Below are positions 13,501-26,645 of a stretch of DNA of 64,000 bases, piece after piece. The DNA is taken from positions 9,661,507-9,725,506 of the forward strand of contig CM074523.1 in assembly GCA_037379345.1 (NCBI GenBank), read 5' to 3'. The position numbers were made by a program, and so were the translations under genes. The notes under the pieces were generated by a model. That model made no database searches. It had not been told where the DNA came from and saw nothing but the letters and a program-made list of their open reading frames with translations. Source of the stretch: Perna viridis. Its lineage: Eukaryota. Positions within the stretch are counted from its first letter, which is position 1, and each line of letters opens with the position of its first letter.

Positions 13501-16500
13501 AAGAGTACATCATTTAGAGATATGTTATCGTACTTCGCCGATGAGTCGAAAACTGCTCGGAGTTTTCCAGGTTTTTTTGGGGTGGTAAACACCGAAGATA
13601 GGTAAATACCACTGTTCTTGGTCTTGATCAATTTCTGGTGCAATTTCCGCATTACCTTTGTCGAGTATACCTTTCATAAAGGTGAAGAAATGTTCTCGTT
13701 TATCTTTACGCAGATTGGCATCCAACATTCTTGCTCTCTTCAACGCTTGAGTTTTGTTATTAGGCAGACGAGGTCGTTCAAAACGGAACGGAAGTGGGGC
13801 TGTCCAATTGTTTTCGTCGTCTTTCTGAAAATGTTCGTCCATTATACCAATAAACTCTCTATCATCTCTCGACAGTCCCGGTTTATCATCATCGACGGTA
13901 CGTACGAAAACATTTTCGCCTAATCCACTGGCTTTCGATGCCAAAATTGCAGTTTCCTCAACCTTCAGATCATTTTCACACGGCGGAAATATTGAAAGTC
14001 GCTCGGTAGCACACTAGTATGTCTTCTTGACACGAGCTTCGTCTGGATAATGTTGTTTTCCGAGACACGTTTCTCCGATTATGGTCCACCCTAGAGGAAG
14101 TTTTTGCGCATAAGGAGAGTCGTGAGGTCCTACTATCTGATCCTGCACATGGTGTGCTTCTATCAAGTCACGACCGATAAGGAGAAGTATCTTAGACTCT
14201 GCATTCAATGGAGGAATGAACTTGGCGATATCTCGCAAATGAGGATGATATTTAGCGACTTCAGGAACTGGAATTTCATCTGGCGTATCCGGTAACTGAT
14301 CATTTTCTAATATACTAGGCAACTCCAGTTCAGTGTTTTGATCGAGAGTTTCTACTACAAGTCCTTCAAGCTTCCTTCCAGAGATTTGAGACTTGCCATT
14401 ACACGTACAGAGTATGTAATCAGACATACTAGTTGATCCAAAATAATCAAAGAGTTCTGACTTTCCAAGTGTCCTATTTGATTGATCATCAAGAAGTGCA
14501 TACACTTGTAATTTTCTGTGGGGTTCATCTCTCAAGAATAAGTTCACTAGCACAATCTTGGCACATGACTTGCCTCCAAATCTATCATGACATATTTGTG
14601 TACACTTGGCGTTGACTGTTTTTTCTGGTCCTTTATCTTGACCCTGACCTGAGTAATTCGATGGCTCCCCGCCATGCTTTGTAGAGCCTACGTTTCTATG
14701 ATTTCTATCCTTGTGGACGTGAAGAGCCGTAGCATGATCAGTCTTTTCACAATAACGACATTTGACAGTTTCATGGCAATCACGTGATATATGAGAGTTC
14801 GAATTGCAACATCGGAAGCACATTCTGTTTTGTCTGAGGATTCGCTTTCTATCTTGTATCGATTTCGGAAGAAATGCTCTACAGTCATTTAACGAACGAT
14901 TTGAGCCATGAATCGGACATCTTTCCTGGTTTCCACTAGATATAGCCATATTGTTAGTCTCTACTTGTTCTACTGACTCATTTCTACGAACTATTAGCAT
15001 TGAAAATTTACTCCTTGTGGCTACGGCATTCCTCTGTGTCGTTTCAAACGAAAAGCATGGATTGTTCTTTATCGTGCTCTGTTTATGAACAAAGTCAGCA
15101 AATATCCTAAAAGGCGGATAAATAGTACCATTCCTTTCATTGTAATCAACCGCGGTACGAGTCCATCTCTCTTGTAGGCGAATAGGAAGTTTAGCAACTA
15201 TGGGTTTCACTCCTACGGAACAATCGAAGTATGACAAAAGACATCCATAGCTTTCGTTTTACTTTATAGAGACGATCTCTGCCAAAATATCTGACAGTAC
15301 ATATAATTTCGAGTAGTCATTTGTGATTCGTGGAAAGTTATCAAGTTTCTTTCTAATCGCTTGATCGATGTGTTCGGGGCTGCCATATCGTTCGTCTAAT
15401 CTAGCCTAAATTAGTCTTACCGCCTTTTCTGGATCGTATGTGTTTGCTACTTTTATGCTCTGAACATGTGATCGAGATTCAGATCCGGTCCATTTCACAA
15501 GAAGATCAATTTCTTCTGACGCATCAACTCGGATTTCATTGACTATTTTCTTGAAACTAGACTTCCATGAAGGATAGAATTCAGGACGATCATCAAAGGT
15601 ATTGAATCTTGAGTGTAGTAGGTCACGTTTCAACAAAAACGAAGTGAAGTCTGATGCAATCGATTGTACTTTGTGATTGTTGTTAGTATCAGGATATTCG
15701 TGATCTTTCTGATTGTCATTGACGGAATTAGGCACAAATGGAGCTGAATTTGGATTCAAATATGACGAAAACGTAGAAGTAGCAGGCTCAGAATCAAATC
15801 GAGTTCGAGGTAAATGAAAGCTGATTGTTGGTTTATCACATTTCGATGAAGTTTTGTCCAATACAGGAGGTGTCGAATCTTTAGAAATTTTTGGATCATT
15901 TACAAACGTAACGGGTGCTAAACGATCGACGTACACTGCTGTCTTTATCTTAGCGTCAAGCGGCGGTTCATCAATGACTTGTGACAGATCCTCCTCAAAC
16001 TCGGATTCTAAAACACCCACGACGGCTTCGGTAGCTGCAGCTTCCTTTTTCATTGAAAGTAAGTCCAAATCCGCTTTCAAATCAGCTTTATGCTTAACTA
16101 GCCTGTCTGCTTCAACAGTTTCTTGCATTTCTAACAGTGCATTTTCTTTCAGTAGTGCAGCTTCCTTTTCTGCATAGAAAGCTCTATTTTTTGCTTCTTC
16201 GGCCCTGGCCTTTGCCATAGCAAGAGATGATCCTGTTGAAGACTGTGACGATTGTTTATGCGATCTACTCCGTTCACGTGAATGTCTACTATGTGATAAT
16301 CTTTCATCTTCTATCAAGGCTTTTATGTAAACATTGATTCGACGTGAATCTCTCTCCACAATTTGAGAAAACTCGTTTATCTCGTATCAAATTTCTTGAA
16401 TTGCATCGGCACATTCATCTGTATTTGTGCGACTCAGGAAACCCATGTACTCCTGGCATAGTTTGTCAAATTTCGATGTACGTGAAATAATTTCTTTTCT

Positions 16501-16749
16501 TATGTCTTCGAGAGAACTTAAATCATTTGAATATGCTTCAATGTTTCTGACGAGAAGTTGTAAATCACTTTTAACAACAGCTAATTTCAAGGTAAAGTTT
16601 CTTTTTCTGTTATCGAATAGTTCTTTCCCTTTAAGAGTCAATTTTCGAACACGAGTCTCTGTAGAAGTTTCAACATACTCCTCAGTATCCTCTAAATCAG
16701 GTTGAACTACATTGTCAATTTCTTCTGACTTATCACCAGAATTTGCCAT
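10566..16749 (-). pseudogene. BEL/Pao gag-pol polyprotein of unit A (multiple stops, one frameshift)
   Basis: Same domains as unit B. ORF pieces at 16387-16749, 15406-16359, 14014-15237, 13525-13944, 12306-13652, 11025-12227 and 10566-10970. Confidence 0.95.
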
Positions 16750-16796
16750 TTTCGATTGTCACATCCAAATAATATGATGCCAAGTAATCTTCTTAC

Positions 16797-17653
16797 TGTT
16801 CTGCTTCCCAATTATTTGCTTCAAATAAAAAGACTACAGAGAAGTTAACCACTTTATTACATCGCAATCCTCACAAGTAGCATGGTACATGATATGCTGA
16901 TGAACGATTGAAATGATGTGTATATGTAGTCAATTGATGGTAAGAAGCTGAAAAATACAAATAAAGCCCTATGTAACACCGAACTACTAAATATAGCATA
17001 TAAATAACAATAACATACAAAGTATCAAAAAACACATTATGACACAAAAAGTCCTTCATACATGATACTTAAAAAATGTTCATAGTTCGACCAAAATATC
17101 ATTCAAACATGTGAAAAGGTTGGACATACACTTAACTTTGTTCAAAGATCAGAAATATTCAAAAATCCAAAAATCAGTGCTTTTGCATTGATAAACTGGC
17201 TTTCCATACTTTTGGAAACTCAAAAATAGAGGGGTGTTAGACAAAAACTTTACGAAAATTTAACAACGTGTTTATGGGTAAAAAGTGTGTAATGCTATAC
17301 AATATTGTCTCAAATAACATATTGCAATCATGAATTCAAGGTAAGTAATGACGTAATCGATAATTTTTGCACAGGTAGGTATGTTGTCGAAATGACATAA
17401 CAAAAAACGTTGAAACTTCAACAAAATGCATAAAACTTATCTATGTTCATAATACTAATGCAGATATTAATAATAAATGCAAAAACTTACATTGTGCCGG
17501 GTTATGGCGACTATGTTTGGTTTGTTTACGTTTGCATTTTCACAAAAAATAGAGGATAGAGTCTGTAGGGGAATGAAACAAACAATTAATATAAAACAAT
17601 ATCAAGTGCACAAAGACGGACGGTGTAGTGTTAATAAATGCGGAGTCAGTACA
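16797..17653 (-). repeat. LTR3 (857 bp), 5'-most LTR of the array
   Basis: Ends at GTACA 17653 followed by non-element DNA (AAAGT..., candidate TSD half) instead of a PPT. Confidence 0.92.
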
Positions 17654-18022
17654 AAAGTAGTCGTTATCTCATATATTTAGTCACCCTTTCTTCCTCGTTA
17701 CACAGTGTGGTTGTTTATTCGATTTCTGTGCAACATATAAGAGTTGCAAATACAATTTTACTTTATCACTTTCAAATATCTATTGTTCGGATCCGGATTT
17801 ACCATAAATTATTTAACGAAACCAGTACTGCAAAATTCAAATTTAAAATCTCTTAAAACACTGAGGCTCTGTTCGATGTAATGCACATTGTAAAACATCT
17901 CGGAGCTAGATTCGGCTTCCTTTTTCGAAATTTGTGGCTTTGAGTAAGCGACAAACGTCACTTTGCGGGTAAGTTCAATCTCAAAATTTTTCAATGAAAG
18001 ATTCCGATTTGTAAATCCGGTT

Positions 18023-18352
18023 CTGGTGTATTCATCTGCGCCATGAAAACTGATTTGTTCGACGTGTCATAGTTTTCCTTTCCCCTTTCGTCTACCCCTG
18101 ACTTGACTTTTTTATGAGCAACTCGGCGGGTGTTTCTAGAAAAGCAGAGGACGCTTACCCTACCGTTGCACCTGGTCCATGCTCCCAGATATTAGTGGAG
18201 TCCGAGTTGCTCATTTGCCTATGTTACTTTGTATGTATGATTTAAGTTACTTTATGGTCTTTGTTGTGTATGTCTGTTTTCCATGTCTGGTCTTTGTCCC
18301 TGAATTACATTCTTTTGATTACCGCTATAACCTTGGTTCCCTTAATTACTCT
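18023..18352 (+). mobile_element. Penelope-like (Naiad-type) retroelement 3' end, copy 1
   Basis: Matches the RT tail and 3' region of the longer copy at 47239-47930; ends ...CCTTGGTTCCCTTAATTACTCT. Confidence 0.7.
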
Positions 18353-18424
18353 TAAACAACATGTCATATATAAACATAAAATAAGTAAAACATTCAGTTC
18401 TTCCGAACTATCATAAGTTATTTT

Positions 18425-18750
18425 ATACCTACCTATCATCATCACTCTTCGTGAAACATAAGGCGAGTCACAGATCTCTCGGACAGTCGGTCTCTGGCAA
18501 CCTTTTCTGTTGCCTTCAAACTGTGCCACCCCATCTCGTTCCTGTCCTTCTCTGTTGTTCTCCTCCATGTCTCGTTCGTTTCCTTTTCATACCCATGTCA
18601 TCACATTCATTATTATGGTCTTAATCTTTCCAGCATTGGTCTTTAACCCAGTCATTCTGCCCATTCTTTAATGCCTGTTTTGTTTTGCATGTCGTTGAAA
18701 TTGCTCGACAGACAGCAGGGTGATGTCATCGGCAAACTAAGCTGTTTTTC
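18425..18750 (-). mobile_element. RTE-clade LINE relic, internally deleted
   Basis: Minus-strand FADDITLL...DMQNKT...MTGLKTNAGKIK, then the RTE-type C-terminus ETWRRTTEKDRNEMGWHSL...ARDR and a short GAT/TAGG tail. Confidence 0.7.
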
Positions 18751-19769
18751 AGTACATAGTCTAACACCAGTAGGAAAAGTAAGATAGACATTTGACATCC
18801 CTGTTTCAGTCCGCTTTCAATCCGTACCCATTTTGATTGCAATCTGTTGTTAACTAAACATATCGCATTGTTCTCATATAGATTCTTTATCATTTTTCTA
18901 ACAACAACAACTCAAGAAAACAAATCGTATTTGCCTAAGATGGTCGACGAGTTTAGGTTCATTCCAACTTATTAAATCAATGAAAAATATATGAATGAGA
19001 AAATAAATGACGTTGGAATACAACTTAAGTCGTAGATTTTTTTCCAAAATGTATATTACATGCACCTTACTGCTCAATAACAACTCCTAGCGATAGATGA
19101 CAAAATATTAAAGCAGATCTTTACTATAGGGACGATCATTGCGTTTAAGATTAACCAGCAGAATGCTATGCTCTTATTATCATCATAACAAAGCAATTTC
19201 ATTAATTGTATACTACAACTGAAATATATCTGCAATGTCAAAACTATGTAGACACAAATATGTCTGGTTATATCACCTTATGTTAACCGATTACTATTGT
19301 AACAAAAATGTACTTTCCCATAGATACCACTCTAAATTAGTATCAAATATCACTCCTTACAAAAAATCATGACTATTCAATATCTCTCTTAGACATTATT
19401 CTTTCAAATCCTTGCAATTGCAGTAACGTAAACGGCAAATCAAAAATGAGAATGTTTGAAATGAGCTTGATATATTTGAAAATCACCGCATTTCAAGAAC
19501 AATCTGACTACATGTTACATGTAAAATAACTATAGAACTACGAATAAATACAAAAATACAAAACTATTAAAGAAATCTCAATGAAAATTTAATTATTTAA
19601 AACTGTAATTAGAATGCTTATTCAAAGATATCAAGTAATCATTCAAAAGATGGTTAAGTAATCAACGTTTTCACTTAAAACTTGGTAAAGAAAAGCAATG
19701 TATCAAAGTTATGACTGTTATCAGTTATCATATAATCACTCTAAGTATTCAACATGGAAAATGTGCAAA

Positions 19770-20362
19770 CTAATGAAGCACCAATGAGTGACTTTCAACG
19801 TGAGGTGGTGAATTTGCCTTGACAAGTTGTCTAGACCGTGCGTTTAATTAATCATAGTATATCCACTTCGCATTTTGGGGAGTCTCACCTTAAAACTGTA
19901 CACGGTATTCATTTGTTTCAGATCGATTTCTTTTTGCAAGTACTCGTTTAATCTTGTAATGAGCGTCAGTGGACACAGCTTGGTCGGACGACATACATGC
20001 AGTTTCAAATGATGAGTTTCTAAAAACGGACAGGCACCTTTCTGATACCACTGGAACGTCGTACTGGAGGGTCAATTACACGATTTGGTCGTTCCGTTTC
20101 AGATGCGGGGTTACTAGCACTAATATTAGGTTCACTTTCATGATCAGTGTGAGCTCTGTTAGATTTATGCACATCTGGTACATTTAACAAGTAATCTAAT
20201 AGCGTAAGTGCACGAACATATGCAGGTTTAAGGCGATCAAAATGGGTTTTATTTTTAGGGGTCTCGTAGCGACACTAAATTTTACTGTCTACGATAAATG
20301 GACCGCTGTGTCTTAGTTGGAGTTTTTGGTCCTGCCCGATTGGCTCTTTCAACATGCAGACA
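19770..20362 (-). pseudogene. Gypsy integrase C-terminus (GPF motif plus chromodomain-like tail), degraded
   Basis: KLQLRHSGPFIV...HFDRLKPAYVR; HYKIKRVLAKRNRSETNEYRVQF*GETPQNAKWIYYD*L. Confidence 0.75.
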
Positions 20363-20364
20363 TA

Positions 20365-23300
20365 CAGTGTGCGCAACGCGGATTTTAATTTTCACCTAAA
20401 CGCGGTTGAGAAAAATTGCATTCTCAACGCTCTCCGCGCGTCCCATCACCGGTTGAGTCGCGGAAACGGAGTCGCGGCGATAAGCTGAGAAACGGCGAGT
20501 GCCGTTTGAGATTAATTCACCAATTCGCAAACTATGTGTAGACATAAACGGTTGTTAATTGCAGTGTGGATTCAAATGACAGGAAACTGGTTTGCCCTCA
20601 GGCAATATTCAATTATCTTAAATTTACCGGTGTGTGAACGTTATAGCTAAGTTGTTTGTTTAACAATTAATTTCCACTTCGATTGACAGGTCAACTGACT
20701 CTTTGATCTTTATTAGGAAGATTGTAATTATAAACAGTATTTTTAATTTTAATTACGAATCAGGGTACAAATTAGTTGGCTGATTTTTCAAATAATATTA
20801 TTGAAAAACGTAAATTTCTAGTATTTGAACCGTTTGATTAATAATGCTATGAATTGTGACTAAACAAATTTACGGTTAATACTTTATTTTATTTTTTTCT
20901 AAATCAACTAGAAGCAGTAGCTCGAATTAATATACTACATGAAAAGTCTATTCGCCGAAGCACTGTTTATTTCCGTAGTCCCCTAGCTACTTGGTTATAT
21001 TAAATCGCGCATCTTTGGCGGGGCAACTCTATTTTTGTAACTTTAAATGTAATTAAAACAGATTTTGGTTGTATACATACATTATTTGTTTGAGAATGTT
21101 CTGCATTTAAAAACATAAGAGAGTTCTGAAGATGTTCAGGGATTGAAATTGTTCGACAGTAAGGTCACGATTTTAGAAGTTTGATTTCGAAATCATCAAC
21201 TACACCGTCCTTAAAACAAAAAGTAGAATGTGATGTTTTACTACAATATTATACGTAGTAAACATTGTTGAAGAGTTTTTATGCGGCTGTAACCGAGTTC
21301 CATTATGTATTTAAATATTTTGCGGGTTGCTATGTGTACATACAAGTTTTTAAAAGTATAAAAACATGTAAATTAATTTTGTCCTCATTTTGTAAATCTG
21401 CCCCGGGTTCCGCGATAGTTTTCGAACACAAGCACAGTTTATTCTGAAGTTGATGATAAAAAAATAGCCTGCAGAGTACAAGAATATTGAAATTTGTTTA
21501 AATATTGGTGTGAATTCTATTTTTCTTTTATAAAATATAGATAAATTGTAATTAATTCCATTATTCCGAAGTTCAATAAATCTAGTATAGTTATTATAAC
21601 ATCTGAAATCATACGCGCGTAGTTTAGAGCCGGAGATTTCATGATTCATTCCTTGTAACCGGATCTTTTGCACCAACGGAATAAAATATATATTATAAGA
21701 GCCACATCATTGGCACAAGAGACCTGTAATTTACGTGGAGGTCTTGGTTGGAACTAAAAATAGTAATATTCAAAATACATGTATTCTATAAGATTGTTAT
21801 TGTTAACAATAATTCAAATTGGTTGCAGATCGGGTGCACCAAGGAATTCTATTTAGTTAATTATTGTGATTTATTGCTTTGGAAAATACAAATTTAATGC
21901 CGTTTCGCTTAATTTCAAATGCCTATAATACGTTAATTTTGTCCAAATTTTATGCGAAATTAACGCCACTGATTTTTTTCATTTACACTTCGTGCGCTGC
22001 TTCATTAATATCTTCATCAATTAGTTATATATAGTAATTTATTCTTCGATAAACAGTATGATAAGAACTTTATAATGTATTGCATCCATCATCCATGACA
22101 ATTCCCCGGGCGATTTGCTAACTAAATTCTACTTAAATACTGAAAATACGGGGGGGGTGTCATGTTCACGGCAATATGTTAGTCGGAAGTAATGTTACGT
22201 ATACATTGCTTTCCACACAAGCTCAGGATCAAACATTGTACGGAGTTTAAATACTTGTTATTTCAAGTTGTATGAATATTATATTCATATAAAATTTCTT
22301 CATCCGTTTATTAAAGCCAAGGATATTTATAAAAGGCGGCAGAATTATGGTCACATGAAGCATCGTCATATATTATAGCATATATGCAAAATAAATATAA
22401 TAATAAAATAATAGTAAATTGGATTTACTTAACAGAAGCCCGTAATCCTTTCCAATGTGGTAGCAGTTTACAGTGTCCAAAAATAGAAAAATAGTTTGCA
22501 CCAGTTAATTCCCCTGCAATGCGATCACGAGTACTGTGTACAGCGATGTAAGTGTCTCATTAAGCTTCTTTGTCAATCTGAGTATTTTTGTGATATGGCA
22601 AAGCATTGTTACATACGACTCAAACAGCATTCTTTACTATGTATATGTATATTGACAGAACCGACAGTTGAGCTGTGTAATGTTCAAATACACGCACCGC
22701 GAGCACACACCACGTGCTGATTGATTGAGGCTCCAAGGCACTACCCGTTAATTACTCAAATGAAATAAACATTCTGTTCCTAAGCATGTAGAGCTAGTTG
22801 AAATAACGGAGCGCAAATTAAGAATTTAAGTGTCTTTGACTTCGAGGTTTTTTTTTGTGGGGGGAGGGGTAAATTTCGATGTGATAGGGCTGAGTCGCTG
22901 TTCCACCTCCACAGTCAACGATTTTTGGGGGACAAATTAAAGGCAAGTCAAATTTAATTTGTATACATTGCTATATATGTGTGATATGCAAAAACATGCC
23001 ACAAGTTCCACAAGTTGGGGAACTACAGCTTGTTAACAAAACACATGGCATGTTTTTTTTTATATTAATCTTTTTCCGTTGCGCAACAAAACATTTTTAT
23101 GGCAATAAAAAATTTGAACTCTATACCTGAATTTCTCAGTAAACAAAAAGGTCAACTCAAATATGTATGTCGGTTATTTTATGATTTAAAAAATCCCAAT
23201 TTTAATGAATCATACTACAATAACATATACATGTATGTTATATTATTTTTCTATGTATAGATGGACAGAATATGTATTGCTTTGATAGTTGGCTACTTTT

Positions 23301-26300
23301 ATCTACTATATTGAAAATAATGTTCTAATTTTGAAATAAAAAATACAAATACTAGGACATCAGCGATTTTTGAGTTCGAAGGAGCTCGTACGTGTCTTGT
23401 TAGTATATCTAGATATTACTTCCATGGTCTGTACATATAAACTCCATGCCAACTTTTAATTTACTTTATAAAGCTGTGACATTTAGCTTTGGAAATACTT
23501 CAACAGCTGAGTTTTGATTACCATGAAACATGCGGTTCTTTAATAACAAATTGGTGATAGATTTGTAAAAGATCACGTACCCATACAGATCCATGTTTTA
23601 ATGTTTTGTAAGAACACTCAAGTATAACAGAGTTAATAGTGGTAACAGAGGTGCTTCAATGAGACTTTATCTGATGACGAGAAAAGCTTAAAACAACCGG
23701 TTTCTATAACAATTTTCTGTGAAGTTTTCATTTGAGCTTGCAGAAATACCACCTAGAAATCACTGACCTGTTGGCATAATTCGCAGAAAAAAATGCGACT
23801 TTTAATATAAAGGGTTGGAAAGTTCGTATAGGTTGAATGTATAAGCCATGTTGATCCATTCCAGCTGCACGTCTGTATGTACCTTGATATTGGCCCAATT
23901 AGAATTTAATCTACCATTTGTTTCTATAGATTGAATGTAACTTACCTATCGTCACTGCAGTTATATATTCTAATTGTTACGCGCTATTTGAACAGGCATT
24001 TCTCGTCCTGTCTTTCCATAGCCAAATACAACTCTGACTGGTAAAGCTGTAAGATACCCGCTTTAGTACGTAGTTTTAATGTTCTTACATATCAAGTTCA
24101 AGATCAACAATTCGGTAAACTTAGTCTTTTTGCAGTAACATTAAACTATCGCACAAAATCTTCTACCAATACAAACACTATAATGAGACAGTAAGTCGAT
24201 GACAACCATTCCTGCTCTATAAAGATGGTAGAACTGCCAATGCAGAATACGTATATCGTAGATTTCATACATTATTGTACTTGGCAAAAGATATATTAAC
24301 TTGGATTTCTTGCTTAATTCTTTTATTGTATAAGTTTATCTTCATTGTTCTCTGTGCATGACGGTCATGTATAATACTGTCCACCTTGCAATACTTATTC
24401 TACACTAAATCACAACGAAAGGAGAAGTCCCAAAAGTTGAAATTTACTATAATACCTGTAGAACTTTCATATTATGTAAGGCTGTTCTACGGCGAGTGAA
24501 CAATTATCTAAGACAACGTCTACTTCCAAAATTTTAAGCCTCTTTCATTAATGTGACTAAGCAAATACCTCTCTGCTACAGTCTGGACTCTGGGTTTTTT
24601 AGAAGCACTTCAGAAAGCTAAATCCTGATCATTCATTGCCTGCTTAACGTAAAACATGTAAGCAAGTGTTTTTAGGGTAATCTTTTGAAGATATAGATAG
24701 CAAAATATGTTCCACTTTTTGTTTTATTGCTCGATAAATTTGCAAATATAATCTGAAAAATTTACGACCAAGTTTCAAATTTATATCTATAAATAATTGT
24801 ATACATCGATATATCTACACAATATTGTAAGTGCGGTATTATCCGACTTCGTATACACTTATTAATTTACACGTACAATTAATTTTTAAAATCTGCGTAC
24901 ATTATTCTTTATACAATATATATTTAAAAAATTGTTTTTATTTTAGTTTGCTTTTAATCAAATTGAAAACACTGAAATTCAAAGTGTAGATTTGAATAGG
25001 AGTAAATAAAAAAAAATAGTATTCAAAACATAAAAAAGATTATTTATTTTTTTTATTACATTCTTTTACGGTACGTCTAAATACCGCTTAGCCCCGGCTA
25101 AGTGCACTTAGCCCCAAATATTGATTAATATCTATATTTTTGAAGGTTGGGATGAAAAGATATGTCAGATATGGTTATATATTTGAACTTTGAACCAATT
25201 GCGAACAAATATTCTAAATAACCTATTTGGGCCCAACGGACTGACATCGGCGGTAGATCCCTCAGATTTTCATATCAAGGCTCGAGATATTAGCAGAAAC
25301 TACCCTGAATTTGATTCGTATTTTCAAACCCGTTTAAAAGACAGACTGTTTCATTATGTTAACATTCCAAACTGGCAACTGGACTACAATCGTTTATGGA
25401 CAAACAACAACTGCGAATCCATAAATCACGTCTTCAAGAAGGCAGTAAACTGGCAACCAAAGTCAATTCCGAATTTGATACAAGACTTACATGATATTGT
25501 TACCGTGCATTTCATAGACTTAAAACGTTCACTTTACGGTAGTGGGAATTATGAATTGTATGGCCGTTACAGAAAACACTTACATAGTTAACAGAGTTGG
25601 CAAACCAAAACACAAGAACAACAGAACAACCTGTTGCATAGACTTCTAAATGATGTTACCACCAAGAATACCAGCATTAAGTCTTCATATAAAAACTTTG
25701 AAGTTCCACAACCAAAAAGACTTGCTGCCAAACCATAAAGAATAAGACCTAGAAACTGCCGTACAAAGCCAAGATTTTAACATGACAATAGTTCTGCAAA
25801 TGTCTTTATTTTGTTGATGTTTTACATGTTATTATACAATATAGAGCTGCAATAAATCATTCAAAATAATTTACATTTACTTTGTTATTTACACCAATTA
25901 ATATTTAGTAATAATGTGTAGGTGTGATAATCCTTCACGGTCTACTGAACTTGGATATACAGGCACGTGTCATTATGATATCTTAAAACACGTTTAAATC
26001 AATAATTGCTGCAGCGATACTTACAAAAATCGAAATACAACAGCTTCATAATTCAAATTTTGTCTATTGATACTAATATGCACACATAAGTGTTCCCATC
26101 CCGGGCTAAGTGCACGCTTTTCAAAACTTGTGAAAATGCGGCACATGTTAAATAGTGATAAATCAATTAACGGTACGAATGTTTGAATGTGATGTTAATT
26201 GGTGTGTTAATTTCGAATTTGGAAATAATTATGACGTAATTAGAACACATGCAGGGTAAAATTATACAGGTAAGAATTACCTGTAAATAATTAAGAAACA

Positions 26301-26643
26301 TCGTGATGACCCTCAACGGGTATACATTAACTTCAATCAAGTTTGAAGAAAAAAAGTACTAAAATCTAATTAAATAAGTAAGTTGAGGTGAAACGTAAGT
26401 ACAATCAACCTATATTAAAAATCGAACAGTTTTTTTAATTATTACATTTATGTTACGTTAAACTGATTTTTTTTTTTGTTAAAGGATTAATCATTTCTCA
26501 ACGCTATCACATCACCGATTATCAACTGGCGCTCAGCCGCGACTCAACCGCATAACGGTGATTGCCGCGGAGGCCCAATTCTCAACGCAACTCCGCATCA
26601 ACCGCGTTTAGGTGAGAAATTAAAATCCAAGTTGCGCCCAATG
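20365..26643. mobile_element. 6.3 kb TIR DNA transposon with TA target duplication (superfamily unresolved; CAGTG/CATTG termini)
   Basis: ~45 bp imperfect TIRs (CAGTGTGCGCAACGCGGATTTTAATTTTCACCTAAACGCGGTTGA versus the reverse complement of 26598-26643). TA at 20363-64 and 26644-45. Removing it restores the Gypsy frame. Confidence 0.88.
25085..26115 (+). mobile_element. Mutator-like (MULE) transposase 3' fragment between short inverted repeats
   Basis: ORF 25190-25591 WTNNNCESINHVFK...LYGSGNYEL resembles the MULE DDE C-terminal E motif, and the frame continues past a stop to ~25780. GTGCACTTAGCCC (25102) and GGGCTAAGTGCAC (26103) are inverted. Confidence 0.6.
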
Positions 26644-26645
26644 TA

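Larger units (their letters stand above)
1..17653 (-). mobile_element. Tandem array of BEL/Pao LTR retrotransposons with shared LTRs (LTR-int-LTR-int-LTR-int...), truncated by the left window edge
   Basis: Period of 7112-7114 bp (e.g. ORFs 2645/9759/16871). Domain order is Gag-PR-RT-RNaseH-IN in one ancestral ORF. Three ~855 bp TG...CA LTRs are present. Unique flank begins at 17654. Confidence 0.95.

Noticed and set aside
225-16705. Plus-strand ORFs overlapping the BEL units
   Set aside because: Antisense shadows of gag-pol, repeated only because the element is repeated.
19040-19700. 3' LTR of the Gypsy relic
   Set aside because: Only patchy similarity to 29220-29470; boundaries are not supportable by eye.
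22430-22770. Exon-like minus-strand stretch inside the TA transposon (...CKLLPHWKGLRASVK)
   Set aside because: Stops in all frames and no motif I recognise.
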